Origin: Eledone cirrhosa
Lineage: Eukaryota
Assembly (NCBI GenBank): GCA_964016885.1
Contig: OZ024753.1
Span: forward strand, 11,408,001-11,472,000
Length of the DNA stretch: 64,000 nucleotides
Reading direction: 5' to 3'
A program made the translations under genes and the position numbers. The notes under the pieces were generated by a model. The model had not been told where the DNA came from and made no database searches. It was given only the letters and a program-made list of their open reading frames with translations. This document shows, in pieces, positions 25,143 to 38,703 of this stretch (position 1 is its first letter; every line of letters starts with the position of its first letter).

Positions 25143-25519
25143 ACAATCACCATTGACAACTATAAAACACGACCATTAATCCACATCAACATCAACATCA
25201 GCTGCAAATATACCCTGAGTCAATATGTTACAGCAATATTAAACAGGCACCCAGACGGCTAGACATTACAGCTAAGTCTCCTTTAAATTACATTCCTACC
25301 ATCATAGAAAAGATCACGTTGGATAAATGATTTCTGTGGCGCCTTGAGAATAGGAAAAAGATGAAGTGTTGATCATTTCTAAAATGTCTTTAATCATGTC
25401 AGCTTGATTAATGTTACCTAATGGCTAAATTATAAAGAAACGAACAATAACCAAGATTATATGTATATGTTGTAATTCGACATATTAAAATTTACAGTCA
25501 AATTTACCATAAATCACAT

Positions 25520-25850
25520 CTCGTGACGGAATGGCTCTTCCAGGGTATCTCCCTCACCATCCTCTGGAGAAACGCCTCCCCTAGTCTGTTCGCCGGGGCG
25601 TGGGACCCTATTTGCTCATAATAGTGAGAGATGAAGGGGATGAGAGAGGCGGATGGGATGACAGTGGGACTTCGGCTCCTCTGTGTTCGGACCTAGTGTA
25701 CATGAGAGAGATGGAGAGGGCGAGAGAGACGGAGGCCATGCCAGTGGGAGTTTGGCTCCTCTGTATTCGGACCTGGTGTACATGTGAGATGGGGAGGGTG
25801 AGAGAGATGGAGGCCATGACAGTGGGAATTAGGCTCCTCTGGAGCACATG
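25520..25850 (+). mobile_element. CRE-type LINE 3' end with tandemly repeated 3' UTR unit
   Basis: WLFQGISLTILWRNA, then three diverged units of GAGAGA..GGAGGCCATGACAGTGGGA..GGCTCCTCTG. Confidence 0.7.
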
Positions 25851-25886
25851 TATGTGTATGTTTACTTCTATTCATTATATTTAACA

Positions 25887-26078
25887 ATAATTGTTTCTAC
25901 GTTAGGCACAAAGCCAGAAATTACCCCAGTGCATTACTGGTACTTTATTTTATCGACCCCGTAAGGATGAAAGGCAAAGTTAACCTCGGCGGGATTTGAA
26001 CTCAGAATGGCAAGGGCCGTAACTCTATGCGTCAAAGCATGGCGTCCGACCCTCTACCGATACTGCCAATCCACAGCC
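25887..26078 (-). mobile_element. SINE family A with TSD
   Basis: TTATATTTAACAATAAT on both sides. Confidence 0.92.
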
Positions 26079-26431
26079 CTTTATTATATTTAACAATAAT
26101 CACACCTCGTTAGCTTTAAAATAATTATATACAACAACAGCAACAACAGCAACAACAATCAATAGAAATGGAAGCCTCTACAGCCAAGCCCTCCTCAAAT
26201 CACATCACACCGTCCCAATAAGGGGTAGAATACGTTGGTTGATATGGTTTGGTGTTTCCAGCATACATGAAAATATTAGATGATGACGTCTGGAAAACCT
26301 TTGATCACGAGTTTTCTTGATCAGGGCTGATCTAGTTCAATCTTAACTATAATAGAGAAAGGAGTGCGGGACTTCATCCAGAATATATATTTTTACCCCG
26401 TTTGTAAAATAAGTTGGATTACTTTGAATAA

Positions 26432-26706
26432 ATAATTGTTTCTACTATTGGCACAAGGCCAGCAATTATCCCAGTGTATTACTGGTACTTTATTTTATCG
26501 ATCCCGTAAGGATGAAAGGCAAAGTTAACCTAGGCGGGATTTGAACTCAGACCATAAAGGGCCGTAACTCTGCAAAGCATGTCGTCCGACCCTCTACCGA
26601 TACTGCCAATCCACCGCCCTCTTTGAATAAATAATTGTTTCTACTTTAGGCACAAGGCCAGCAATTATTCAGTGCATTACTGGTACTTTATTTTATCGAC
26701 CCCGTA
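26432..26706 (-). mobile_element. SINE A full copy plus adjacent 3' fragment
   Basis: TSD CTTTGAATAAATAATTG. Confidence 0.9.
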
Positions 26707-27184
26707 ATGTATCTACTAAATTTCGTGGTTGTTGATTAAATATATTTTATAGCTTATTTAAAGATTCACTTCTTTAAAATTGTCAAATGTCAACACTTCC
26801 GGTTAGCGGCCGTTATATTATAACACTCTTTTTTTAAATGTATCATGGATTACGTTACTGATTACAGAAGACAGTGTAACACAGTCTTCGTTCAATTTCT
26901 GTGTACGATTTTATTTACATGCATATATATTTGTGTATAATATCAATATACACACTACACATGCTAGCAGAAAACCACAGGAAGGGTGGTTTTTCTGCTA
27001 GTACAACAATAATAAAAACAACAACAGAAACAACACCAATAAAGATATTTAATAACTATAACAACAACAACAACATTATGGACAGAGTCTGGCAACGGTC
27101 TTTATGATGTAAAAGTCAAGAAATCAATACAGCAATGAGTCAGCCAGAAACCAAAGAATTTCAACTCCAAAAACTGACTCAAAT

Positions 27185-27500
27185 ATTTCTCTCCTCCTAC
27201 TTTCCTCTTTCTCACCTTCAATACTTTCTCTCCTCTCACTTTTCTCTTTCTCACCTTCAATACTTTCTCTCCTCTCACTGTTTCTTCTTTCTCTCCTCTC
27301 ACTTTTTCCTCTTTCTCACCTATTATTTCTCTCCTCTCACTTTTTCTTCTTTCTCACCTATTCTTTCTCTCCTCTCACTTTTTCCTCTTTCTCACCTATT
27401 ATTTCTCTCCTCTCACTTTTTCTTCTTTCTCACCTATTCTTTCTCTCCTCTCACTTTTTCCTCTTTCTCACCTATTATTTCTCTCCTCCCACTTCCTCTT
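27185..27500. repeat. Pyrimidine-rich minisatellite, about 38-bp unit
   Basis: TTCTCTCCTCTCACTTTTTCCTCTTTCTCACCTATTAT-like unit, about 8 copies. Confidence 0.9.
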
Positions 27501-28498
27501 TATCGCCTATTCTTTCTTCCATTCCCTTTCACTGCTTCTCCACTCCCCCTTCCCTTCATTCTTCTCTCTCTCCGCATCATTCCAGCCTGCTTCACTTTAA
27601 CCTGTCTATCTATCATCCTTCTCTCTATCTATCATCCTTCCCTCTATATATCTATCGATTTAACTATATATATATATCCCTCTCTATCTACCTGTCCATC
27701 ATAAAATAAAGTACCAGTAATACACTGGGATAATTGCTGGCCTTGTACCAAAAGTGGAAACAATTCTTATTGTTAATGTGATGAAGGTATTAGTTTCACC
27801 GTTGAGGAAAATAAGAAAAAATAGCAATCGAGCGTGGTGGTGGGTGGGGTGAGGTGAGTATTGCTTTTATTGATTAGCCGTAGGTTTGTCATCATCGAGA
27901 AAATACATTCTTATAGGCACTCCAGCCATGACTGTCCATTCTAATGCATTATTTCCGACCACAATTTACATTAGGCTACATAATTCAAACATGTTCACCT
28001 TTTCTTTAAAATTTGGTTGTAATTTTGAGGGAGATTTTGTCGTTAATTCACACGCACACCAACAAACTACATAGTGGTGTACAATATTTGTGAGTTGTCA
28101 TCATAGTTTGCTGTGAGATTCTACAAAAGGTATTCCATACAATGAGTCATACAACTGAACATTGATCAATGCCAGTGTTAACATTATCGAAGCTGGAATA
28201 ATTTATTGGTGGAATTACTCAAAAAGAAGAATAACTTAATTAATGTAGTGAGCCTAATAAATTTACTTAATTAAAATTACACCTCTGATAAGGATAAGGC
28301 ATAATTGACTTAAGACTCAGTTCTGGTCAAGAAACTGTGGTGAGACAAGAAAGTTTTAATTAAAATCAATTAAACTATAGTGTTCCTGCAGTGTTGCTGG
28401 GTATCTGATCTTTACACCTTAGTGAACATTCCGAACACGTTTCATTACAGCGAAATATAGATTTTATTATTTCTACCACACAAAGACACACTGATATA

Positions 28499-28701
28499 TA
28501 CGAGGGTGGGCTGAAATATTCATAGGCAGACAATGAAGGAGTGATGCTTGGACTGTGAAATCTTCCATGTATTAATTTCAACTCATCTTATTAATAACTG
28601 CATTGTTTCTTTGCAGAGACTTTGTCGAAAAATAAACTTCTTTAGGCCATTCAATGAACGTATCTTCTTGGTCAGCTTATGAATTTTTCAGTCGACCCTC
28701 C
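28499..28701. mobile_element. Mariner-type MITE
   Basis: TA-CGAGGGTGGGCTGAAATATTCATAGGC and the inverted GCTTATGAATTTTTCAGTCGACCCTC. Confidence 0.7.
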
Positions 28702-28763
<62 letters not shown>

Positions 28764-28957
28764 GTTATGTAATAAACAACATAAGGTAATTATTTCATTT
28801 ACCAGTGGTTTCTTGAAAGCAAACAAATTTTGCTTTCAATCATAAGAATGAAAAAATCCTGGTGTATTTATTGACATTGGATTTTAAAAACAAAAATATA
28901 ATTTATATGAAAGTGAGGCTGGAAAAGGAAGAAAGAAAGGAAACATAAACACACATG

Positions 28958-28991
<34 letters not shown>

Positions 28992-29332
28992 CATACACAC
29001 ACATATATACATACACATATATATATATACATATATATACATATATATGTATATATATATATATACATATATATACATACACACATACATACACGCACAA
29101 ATACACATACATATACATATACATACATACACATAAATATATCCACATAACCATACATACACATACGCACAAATACACAAACACACTCACACATGTATAT
29201 ATATATATATATATATATATACATCTATATATATATACACACATAATCATACATATATACACACGTACATACGCACACATACATACACACATATATACAC
29301 GCATACATACGCACACACAAATATATATATAT

Positions 29333-29599
29333 ATTATAAAATAACAGGAGGCTAAACTGGTGTAGATCCTTGAAAGGTTTATTATACTATGATCATTTCA
29401 ATGACCGGGTTCAGTATGAATCCGGTGATATCATCAGGTCTTCAAATTATAACAAAGGAATATGATATAAAATCGATGGGGCTGAAAATCAGAGACAAGA
29501 GGACGACCGACTATTTAGCAGCTTCTACCTCAGTCGACTGCCCTCGAAATGATCATAGTATAATAAACCTTTCAGTCCAGCCTCCTGTTATTTTATAAT
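29333..29599. mobile_element. Fold-back element containing a hammerhead motif
   Basis: Arms 29333-29399 and 29546-29599 (ATAACAGGAGGCT..GAAAGGTTTATTATACTATGATCATTTC and its reverse complement). Confidence 0.75.
29386..29439 (-). ncRNA. Type I hammerhead motif
   Basis: AC-CTGATGA-TATCACCGGATTCA-TAC-TGAACCCGGTCATT-GAA-ATGATCAT-A-GT: long stem II, palindromic stem III, AUA site, weak stem I. Confidence 0.65.
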
Positions 29600-29756
29600 A
29601 ATTAACTCCGTACTCGCACCATCAACTACACAGACGAAGCCGGGTGTGTTGCATTACGTTTAGTGCTCTCCATAATATTACATCGAGGTTGACCATACGG
29701 AATGACCAGTTCTATCCAGTGGTGAACCAACAAACCTAAATATATATATATATATT

Positions 29757-29951
29757 ACGGAGGAAATGTGGTAAGGAACCAGGCGGACCATAACGCACCA
29801 AAGTACTCAATACTTAGGGTAGTAGAGTGGGTAATAGGAACGAGTAGGACCCCGACGGCTGAGCTCAAGCCGTTTCGACGGCTAATTCTGGACTGAGTCC
29901 AGAATTAGCCGTCGAAACGGCTTGAGCTCAGCCGTCGGGGTCCTACTTGTT

Positions 29952-29956
<5 letters not shown>
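29757..29956. mobile_element. Fold-back family E (61-bp arms, 1-nt spacer) in (TA)n
   Basis: Arms 29834-29894 and 29896-29956, tail 29757-29833. Other copies at 32657-32716, 32827-32847, 59890-60125 and 62596-62735. Confidence 0.85.
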
Positions 29957-30038
<82 letters not shown>

Positions 30039-31692
30039 ACATATATATATGTGTGTGTGTGTGTGCGTGCGTATGCGTGTGTGTAACACGCATCCCACAG
30101 ACCTCGGAGGTGTCCACTTAATCGGGGATCCACTACATGTGAGCTTTACCTCCTTCAACTAACCACTAACTATGTACTCTTAACAACATTAATACACGCG
30201 CAGTTGGTTTAATAGGCATTACTAAATTTCTATGAGATTTCTTCAGCAGCTTGAATAATCCTGCAAAGAATTATTTGCTTCTCAGCTCAATTTAATGAAA
30301 ACACTTGTTAAAACCACCTGTTACAAACAACAAGTCATAAAATACTGAGCTTTCATATTTTACGAACGATAATAATAACATGTAATTTAAATAGTTTAAT
30401 TTTAATTTTATATGAAATAACTGCTTGATGGTAGTGTGTAATATAAATTTAACTTTATGTGGAACAGAATTGTAGCAGACTTTATCGAATATTAGAAGGA
30501 AGTAATTCAAAAACGATGCAGGCAAACGGATAACGGAATTAAAAAAGATAATATATTATATTCACGCTTGAGAGGACAGAAAGAAAGAAGTTTTACACTT
30601 CTTGTCAAGAATAAGAGAAGAAAAAGAAACGAAAAAGAAACGAAATGAAGAGAATAGATGAGTTTAAAAAATCCGTGAGACAAATTTCGCGTGTAGTTAT
30701 TATTTCTCGAAGTATTCTATTTAGATTTCAGTGGGTTAAAAATTATTATTTACTGAATAATTGTATTCCTGTATGTCATAATTTGAAATTTAGGAAGTGA
30801 TGTAATAACATTGAGTCAGGGTGACTACTAAATCAGAGTGGCTATTAAATATACTGAGTCGGGTGGCTATTAAATATATGATGATATGACAGGAAAATTA
30901 AAATAAAATAAAAAAAAACAGGTAAATAGAACAGAAAATCAATAATAATAATAACAACAACAACAACAACAACAACAACACACATAATAATAATAATAAT
31001 AATAATATGAAGAAAAGAAAACAAAGAAGAAAAAGGATGAAAAAGAAGAAGAAACAGGGTGAAGATGAAGAATAAAAAAAGAAGAAAATAGATGAAAAGA
31101 ATAAGAGAAGAGAAGAAAATAGAGGAAACAAAATGATAGTAATAATAATAGTAATAATAATAAGAAGAATAAAAAAAAAAAAAATAAATAAAAAAAAAGA
31201 ATAGGAAAAAGAAGAATACAGACAACAACAACTTCTACAACAACTACAAAAACAATAACAGCAACTATATGTTAGAATTGATTATGGTAGATATTCTCCA
31301 AGGTGTTCAATATTCATCAAAACAACCAAAATATATTATTTGGTAACATTGAAATCCCACAGAAATCATACTTTGTCTTATATCAATCAATAAATCAATA
31401 ACATAAAACACCAGTCAAGTACTAGGGTCGATATTATCGATTATATCACCACGTTCTATCGAATTTGAGAGACCTAGTGACTTTGTTAAAAATCAATATT
31501 CATTTTCAGTTTTTAAGAATGAATGCGAACACTATATAATGGAACAACTACAACAGCAACGACTACAACAACACTCACTATAGTATAAATATGTCAACCA
31601 CAGATGTAAAGTTTTGCGTTGTCAGCTTTAAAGGTATTATGAAAACAATAGTAAATATTAACATAAAATGAGATAAGATCGCATCTCGACAC

Positions 31693-31790
31693 GTGGTAGC
31701 TAGACGAGATGTGGTAGTTAAACGAGATGTGGTCGCATTATGAGATGTGGTAGTCAAACGAAATTTTGTCGCATTATGAGATGTGGTAGA
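31693..31790. repeat. 18-bp minisatellite, about 5.5 copies
   Basis: GTGGTAGTTAAACGAGAT and GTGGTCGCATTATGAGAT variants. Confidence 0.85.
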
Positions 31791-31791
31791 C

Positions 31792-31963
31792 GAGGTTAAC
31801 TTTGCCTTTCATCCTTACGGGGTCGATAAAATAAAGTACCAGTAATGTACTGGGATAATTGCTGGCCTTGTGCCAAAAGTAGAAACAATTATATATGTGG
31901 GCGGTGGATTGGCAGTATCGGTAGAGGGTCGGACGCCATGCTTTGCAGCATAGAGTTACGGCT
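31792..31963 (+). mobile_element. SINE A 3' half followed by a SINE A 5' head
   Basis: 31792-31891 is central domain and tail; 31900-31963 is a head that stops at the inverted-repeat element. Confidence 0.85.
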
Positions 31964-31967
31964 CATT

Positions 31968-32330
31968 ATGTTCCATATATTAGTTTTTACTATGGTGCCT
32001 TTGCCCCATCAATAATTGTAGCTAATAAGTTAAATTGCTATGAACAACTCGATAATTATAAGTTACCCCCCCCCCCCCTACATTGTCTCTCAATTAAATA
32101 ATTTAAATACTAGCGCTTAACTATAAAATACACACAATCTCTAATCTCTCGAGAAGTTACTTCCCCTGAAACCACCCTCTAATTAGTAAGGTAAATATGC
32201 CCTTTGGCAGCCATCTTGTTACCCATTGGCAGATCTCACACATTGCAGCCTCGACAGATGAGTACTGCTTGATTATGGCTGACAGCTGATGAAACAAAGG
32301 CACCATAGTAAAAACTAATATATGGAACAT
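31968..32330. mobile_element. Element with perfect 36-bp terminal inverted repeats (MITE-like)
   Basis: ATGTTCCATATATTAGTTTTTACTATGGTGCCTTTG at 31968-32003 and its reverse complement at 32295-32330. Confidence 0.7.
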
Positions 32331-32366
32331 TATATTATGTAACATTATTTTAATTTATATTCCTTT

Positions 32367-32489
32367 GAGTTCCGATGAGCCACTCTGTTTTTTTAAATAT
32401 GTTAATTATTTTCAACTGAACCAGATCAATTATGATACATAGTCATCTGATCCAGAAATATTATACGGAGTAGCGAAACAATTGTAAAC
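32367..32489 (+). ncRNA. Hammerhead motif with very long loop II (core CCGAUGA)
   Basis: GTT-CCGATGA-GCCACTCTG..(about 78 nt)..CGGAGTAGC-GAA-ACAATTGT-A-AAC. Confidence 0.55.
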
Positions 32490-32492
32490 GGG

Positions 32493-32526
<34 letters not shown>

Positions 32527-32792
32527 ATTATTATTATTATTATTCTCTACATTCTTTGCATCAAACTAAATATGTTGACAATCTTTTAATAATGTCTTCC
32601 TTGTGAAATTTGTGGTCTTGTTTTGCTTAACTAATGAATAAATATATATATATATTTAGTCCAGAATTAGCCGTCGAAACGGCTTGAGCTCAGCCGTCGG
32701 GGTCCTACTCGTTCCTATATAAATATATATATATAAATATATATATATATAAATAAATATATAAATAAATATATATATATAAATAAATATAT

Positions 32793-32827
<35 letters not shown>

Positions 32828-32847
32828 GGAACGAGTAGGACCCCGAC

Positions 32848-32900
32848 GAGATTCCTGATGATTTCTAAAGAATGAAACAGTTCTAGTCGTGTAGAATCTC
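32848..32900 (+). ncRNA. Type I hammerhead ribozyme, family D
   Basis: GAGATTC-CTGATGA-TTTC-TAAA-GAAT-GAA-ACAG-TTCTAGTC-GTGT-A-GAATCTC: perfect 7-bp stem I, GUA site. Confidence 0.85.
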
Positions 32901-32911
32901 ATCTATATTAA

Positions 32912-32950
<39 letters not shown>

Positions 32951-33164
32951 TATATATATAAATAAATATATATATATAAATAAATAAATATATATATATA
33001 TATATATAAATATATATACATATGTATATATATATAAATAAATATATATATATATAAATAAATACATATATATATATAAATATATATACATATGTATAAA
33101 TATATATATACATATATATAAATATATATATATATAAATATATATTTTTTTATTTTATAGAAGG

Positions 33165-33215
33165 AGCTTCTACAGGACTAGTACTGTTTCATTCAGATGA
33201 AATCTTCAGGAAGCT
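33165..33215 (-). ncRNA. Type I hammerhead ribozyme (mirror copy)
   Basis: AGCTTC-CTGAAGA-TTTC-ATCT-GAAT-GAA-ACAG-TACTAGTC-CTGT-A-GAAGCT. Confidence 0.88.
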
Positions 33216-33262
33216 TCCTGAAGATTTCATCTGAATGAAACAGTACTAGCCCTGTAGAAGCT
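33212..33262 (+). ncRNA. Type I hammerhead ribozyme
   Basis: AGCTTC-CTGAAGA-TTTC-ATCT-GAAT-GAA-ACAG-TACTAGCC-CTGT-A-GAAGCT: all core positions and stems intact. Confidence 0.88.
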
Positions 33263-33367
33263 CCTTCTATAAAATAAAAAAAATTTACTCTGCCATGTAT
33301 TGAGTACCTTACTTACTGTGGTTATCCCCGACTCAACCCGGGACCTACGTATATAAATATATATATA

Positions 33368-35536
<2,169 letters not shown>

Positions 35537-35665
35537 TATTTTTTTTGTTATTTGCTGATATAAGTCAAAGCCAGAGCAAGCAATGTCTGCAAGAGTACAG
35601 AGTTTAATCACTTGAACCAACTTGCTTCAAAGAGAAACACACATACATGGATATATTTTTACTTA

Positions 35666-35747
<82 letters not shown>

Positions 35748-35757
35748 TACGTACATG

Positions 35758-35811
<54 letters not shown>

Positions 35812-35906
35812 CATAAATATATATATATATTACATTATATATACACACACATACATACATAGCTATGTTTACTTAAACGCACACACGCACATGCACACGC
35901 ACACAG

Positions 35907-36000
<94 letters not shown>

Positions 36001-36193
36001 GGAGGGTCATATTTGTGTAATATTGCCAGAATTAATAACAGAACACACTCACTGTTTGGTTGGTTTTCGTTTTTCGCTTCTGTGTCTTTTATATCGGTTA
36101 ATTTAATTTATTCGGTCCTCAATGTTGCCATTGACTGACCAACGGTCAAAAATACAGATACAATATAGACACAAACACATATATATAGTCTAT

Positions 36194-36232
36194 CCAGGTT
36201 CTTTCGTTGCACATCTGCAACATCGTCAGTGG
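36194..36232 (-). ncRNA. Hammerhead motif in Penelope pLTR (stem III decayed)
   Basis: CCA-CTGACGA-TGTTGCA-GATG-TGCAAC-GAAAGAACC-TGG, located 3' of the GIY-YIG ORF. Confidence 0.7.
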
Positions 36233-36715
36233 TGCTATTGTTTCCTCCCGTTGCATTGTATGTCTACGCCATCTTTATTTAGTCTGTTTATATATTTATT
36301 TATTTGTTTATTTGTTTGTCTTCTTTGTGCATGCGTTTGCGTGTGTGTATAGTGTTTTGTTTGATGTGTGTTCGTGTGTGGGTGACTGTGTATTGGTTAA
36401 TTTATTGGTTAGTGTGTGTTTATATGTGTTTGTTGTTATTGTGCTTGTGTATGTATTTATTTATTTATCTATTTATTAATACTTCTTTTAGGTCACTGTT
36501 GTTTGTTTGGGTGTTGTTGTTATTCATTTTTTTCTGTTTAGCCTTGGCCTTCTAAGTTCTATTTCACTGGCCTCTCTGATTTGCCTATCTGCTGGGTCAT
36601 TTCTATGTTTAGATATTATTCTAATTTCTATGTTGTCTCTGTTACCGTCGTGTTGTTGTCTGGCATGTTCGTATAGTACTGAACCGTTTTTTCGTCCTTT
36701 TAGTTCCCCTCAGTG

Positions 36716-37384
36716 TTAGTCTATGCTTTCACCTATGCTATGAGCTGTCTCGCCTATGTATGTTGTTGTCATGTTTCTGCAAGTGCCCTCTGTACATCTT
36801 ATGCTATAGACTACGTTTCTAGTTTTACAGTTTATCAGGGGGTTTACTTTACATATGATACAGTTCCTATTAGTACAGTGGGTTTTCTTAAAAGGGTAGG
36901 TTTTGCCGATCAGCGATTTTATGGTGGTTCCTGGCTTTTCAACCACCGTAATCTTTAAGTGGGTCTTTCTCAGGGCCTTTCTACACTGGTTAGCTAATTT
37001 CCCTCCAGGGGTAGCGTCCACAAACATGACACTCTGGTATCTCTGGTTGTCGTACCATGAGGTTGGTTTCCCTATCTTATGTCTAGCCCTATCTAAGCTA
37101 TTGCATGATTTGCTCCTGTATAATGGGCAAATTCCTTTCATGTCCAGTTCTATGAGGGTCTTATACTTCTCCGTGGCTCCTTCGTATACTTTGATTCTGT
37201 CTCTTTGGTTGTAGCCAGAGAACTGCATGCGGTTGATGAAGTGTCGGAAGTGTCTTTCTATTTCTGTTGGGTCGCACATGCGGGACACGTTCTTCATCAC
37301 TCGTGCCAAGTCTGCAATCAGAATATTAAACTTAGCACTACTGGACATTGTTGAGTTTTTGAGTATCAGGTATTTGGAGGCCAT
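36716..37384 (-). pseudogene. Penelope RT thumb, linker and GIY-YIG endonuclease fragment
   Basis: 222-aa ORF with RMQFSGY, MFVDATPGGKL, CTNRNCIICK and VVYSIRC..YIGET. Confidence 0.85.
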
Positions 37385-38442
37385 GGGTTTAGCATAGTGT
37401 GAGTGGAGAATTTGTGCTCTCTCGTCTATCGTGTTAATCCAGAGGCCGTGTCTAATACAGGTAGTCTATTGTTAGGGTGTTTGGAAGGGTAGTCGATAGT
37501 TACAGTTATACTCTGGTGTATGGAATTAGCTATCTGCTGGATACTTTCCATTGTGCTACGTTCTAAATCCAACTTGTTAGTGCTCTCTTGTGGGGATGTT
37601 CTTATTACTATATTGATATAGTCTACGTCTATTGTCAGATGCCTGAAAGTTGTTGGCAGTGCGTCTGCTTGGCTTTAGGATGTGCAATTTCGCTCCTGTG
37701 TTGGTGATGTGGGGTTGCATAGCCTTGATGTAGTTCGGCATGCTGTCTATTGACATCTTACCAGACTTATCCGTGGGTAGACATACTACCTCACCATCCC
37801 TTGTGCGCTGCATGAGGCTAACCACGCCTTCTACAGGTTTCCTCCCAAGTTGTTGGACATCTGTTCTGCTCTGTCTCTTAGGTTACCGGTCTACTATTTG
37901 TCTAATCTTATTTCTAGCTATGGCGAACTGTGACTCTTTAACGTCATCTATTTGTTGTGGCATGCAAACTCTTTTATTAAATTAACCGATATAGAAGACA
38001 GAACCGAAAAGCGAAAACCAACCAAACAGTGAGTGTGTTCTGTTATTAATTCTGGCAATACTACACAAATATGACCCTCCCCAAGTATAACAATATTTGT
38101 TTCGACACACGATTTCATATCAAAAACCTCACAAAACTATATATATAAATATATATATTTAGCATTTTGAATGACCCGCCTAAAACCGGGGGTTATTTCC
38201 CTTGCCAGAATTAACACGTGATAGCTATAGATACGATTAGCCGCATGGAGCAGCAACATATAATTTATCATTCCGGTCCTAGGCAGAACAAAATTCATGT
38301 TGATAAACTGAATCCTCCATTCGATCACCAACACCATGAGCTTGCCATTCACGTAAGTCTGATATTTGATTTCGGATATAAATATATATATAAATATATA
38401 TGTATATATATATATGTAATTATATATATATATATATGTGTA

Positions 38443-38519
<77 letters not shown>

Positions 38520-38665
38520 AAATATAAATATATATATAAATAAATATATATATGTATAAATATAAATATATATATAAATATATATATATATATGTATAAA
38601 TATAAATATATATAAATATATATATGTATAAATATAAATATATATATAAATATATATATCTATAA

Positions 38666-38700
<35 letters not shown>

Positions 38701-38703
38701 TAT

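Larger units (their letters stand above)
33145..33350. mobile_element. Fold-back family D: about 138-bp palindrome plus tail
   Basis: Palindrome centred on AAG|CTT (33213/33214) with one mismatch; tail 33283-33350; flanked by (TA)n. Confidence 0.9.
35999..38082 (-). mobile_element. Penelope-like element with inverted pseudo-LTR ends, internally deleted
   Basis: Inverted repeat 35999-36105 / 37975-38082. Minus strand has PTDKSGKMS, IDYPSKHPNNRLPVL, HYAKPMAS, a Cys-rich linker and GIY-YIG (NVVYSIRC..TYIGET). Confidence 0.88.

Noticed and set aside
38218-38358. Possible host exon ending at a GTAAGT donor
   Set aside because: No recognisable protein and no partner exons; lies in an island between (TA)n tracts.
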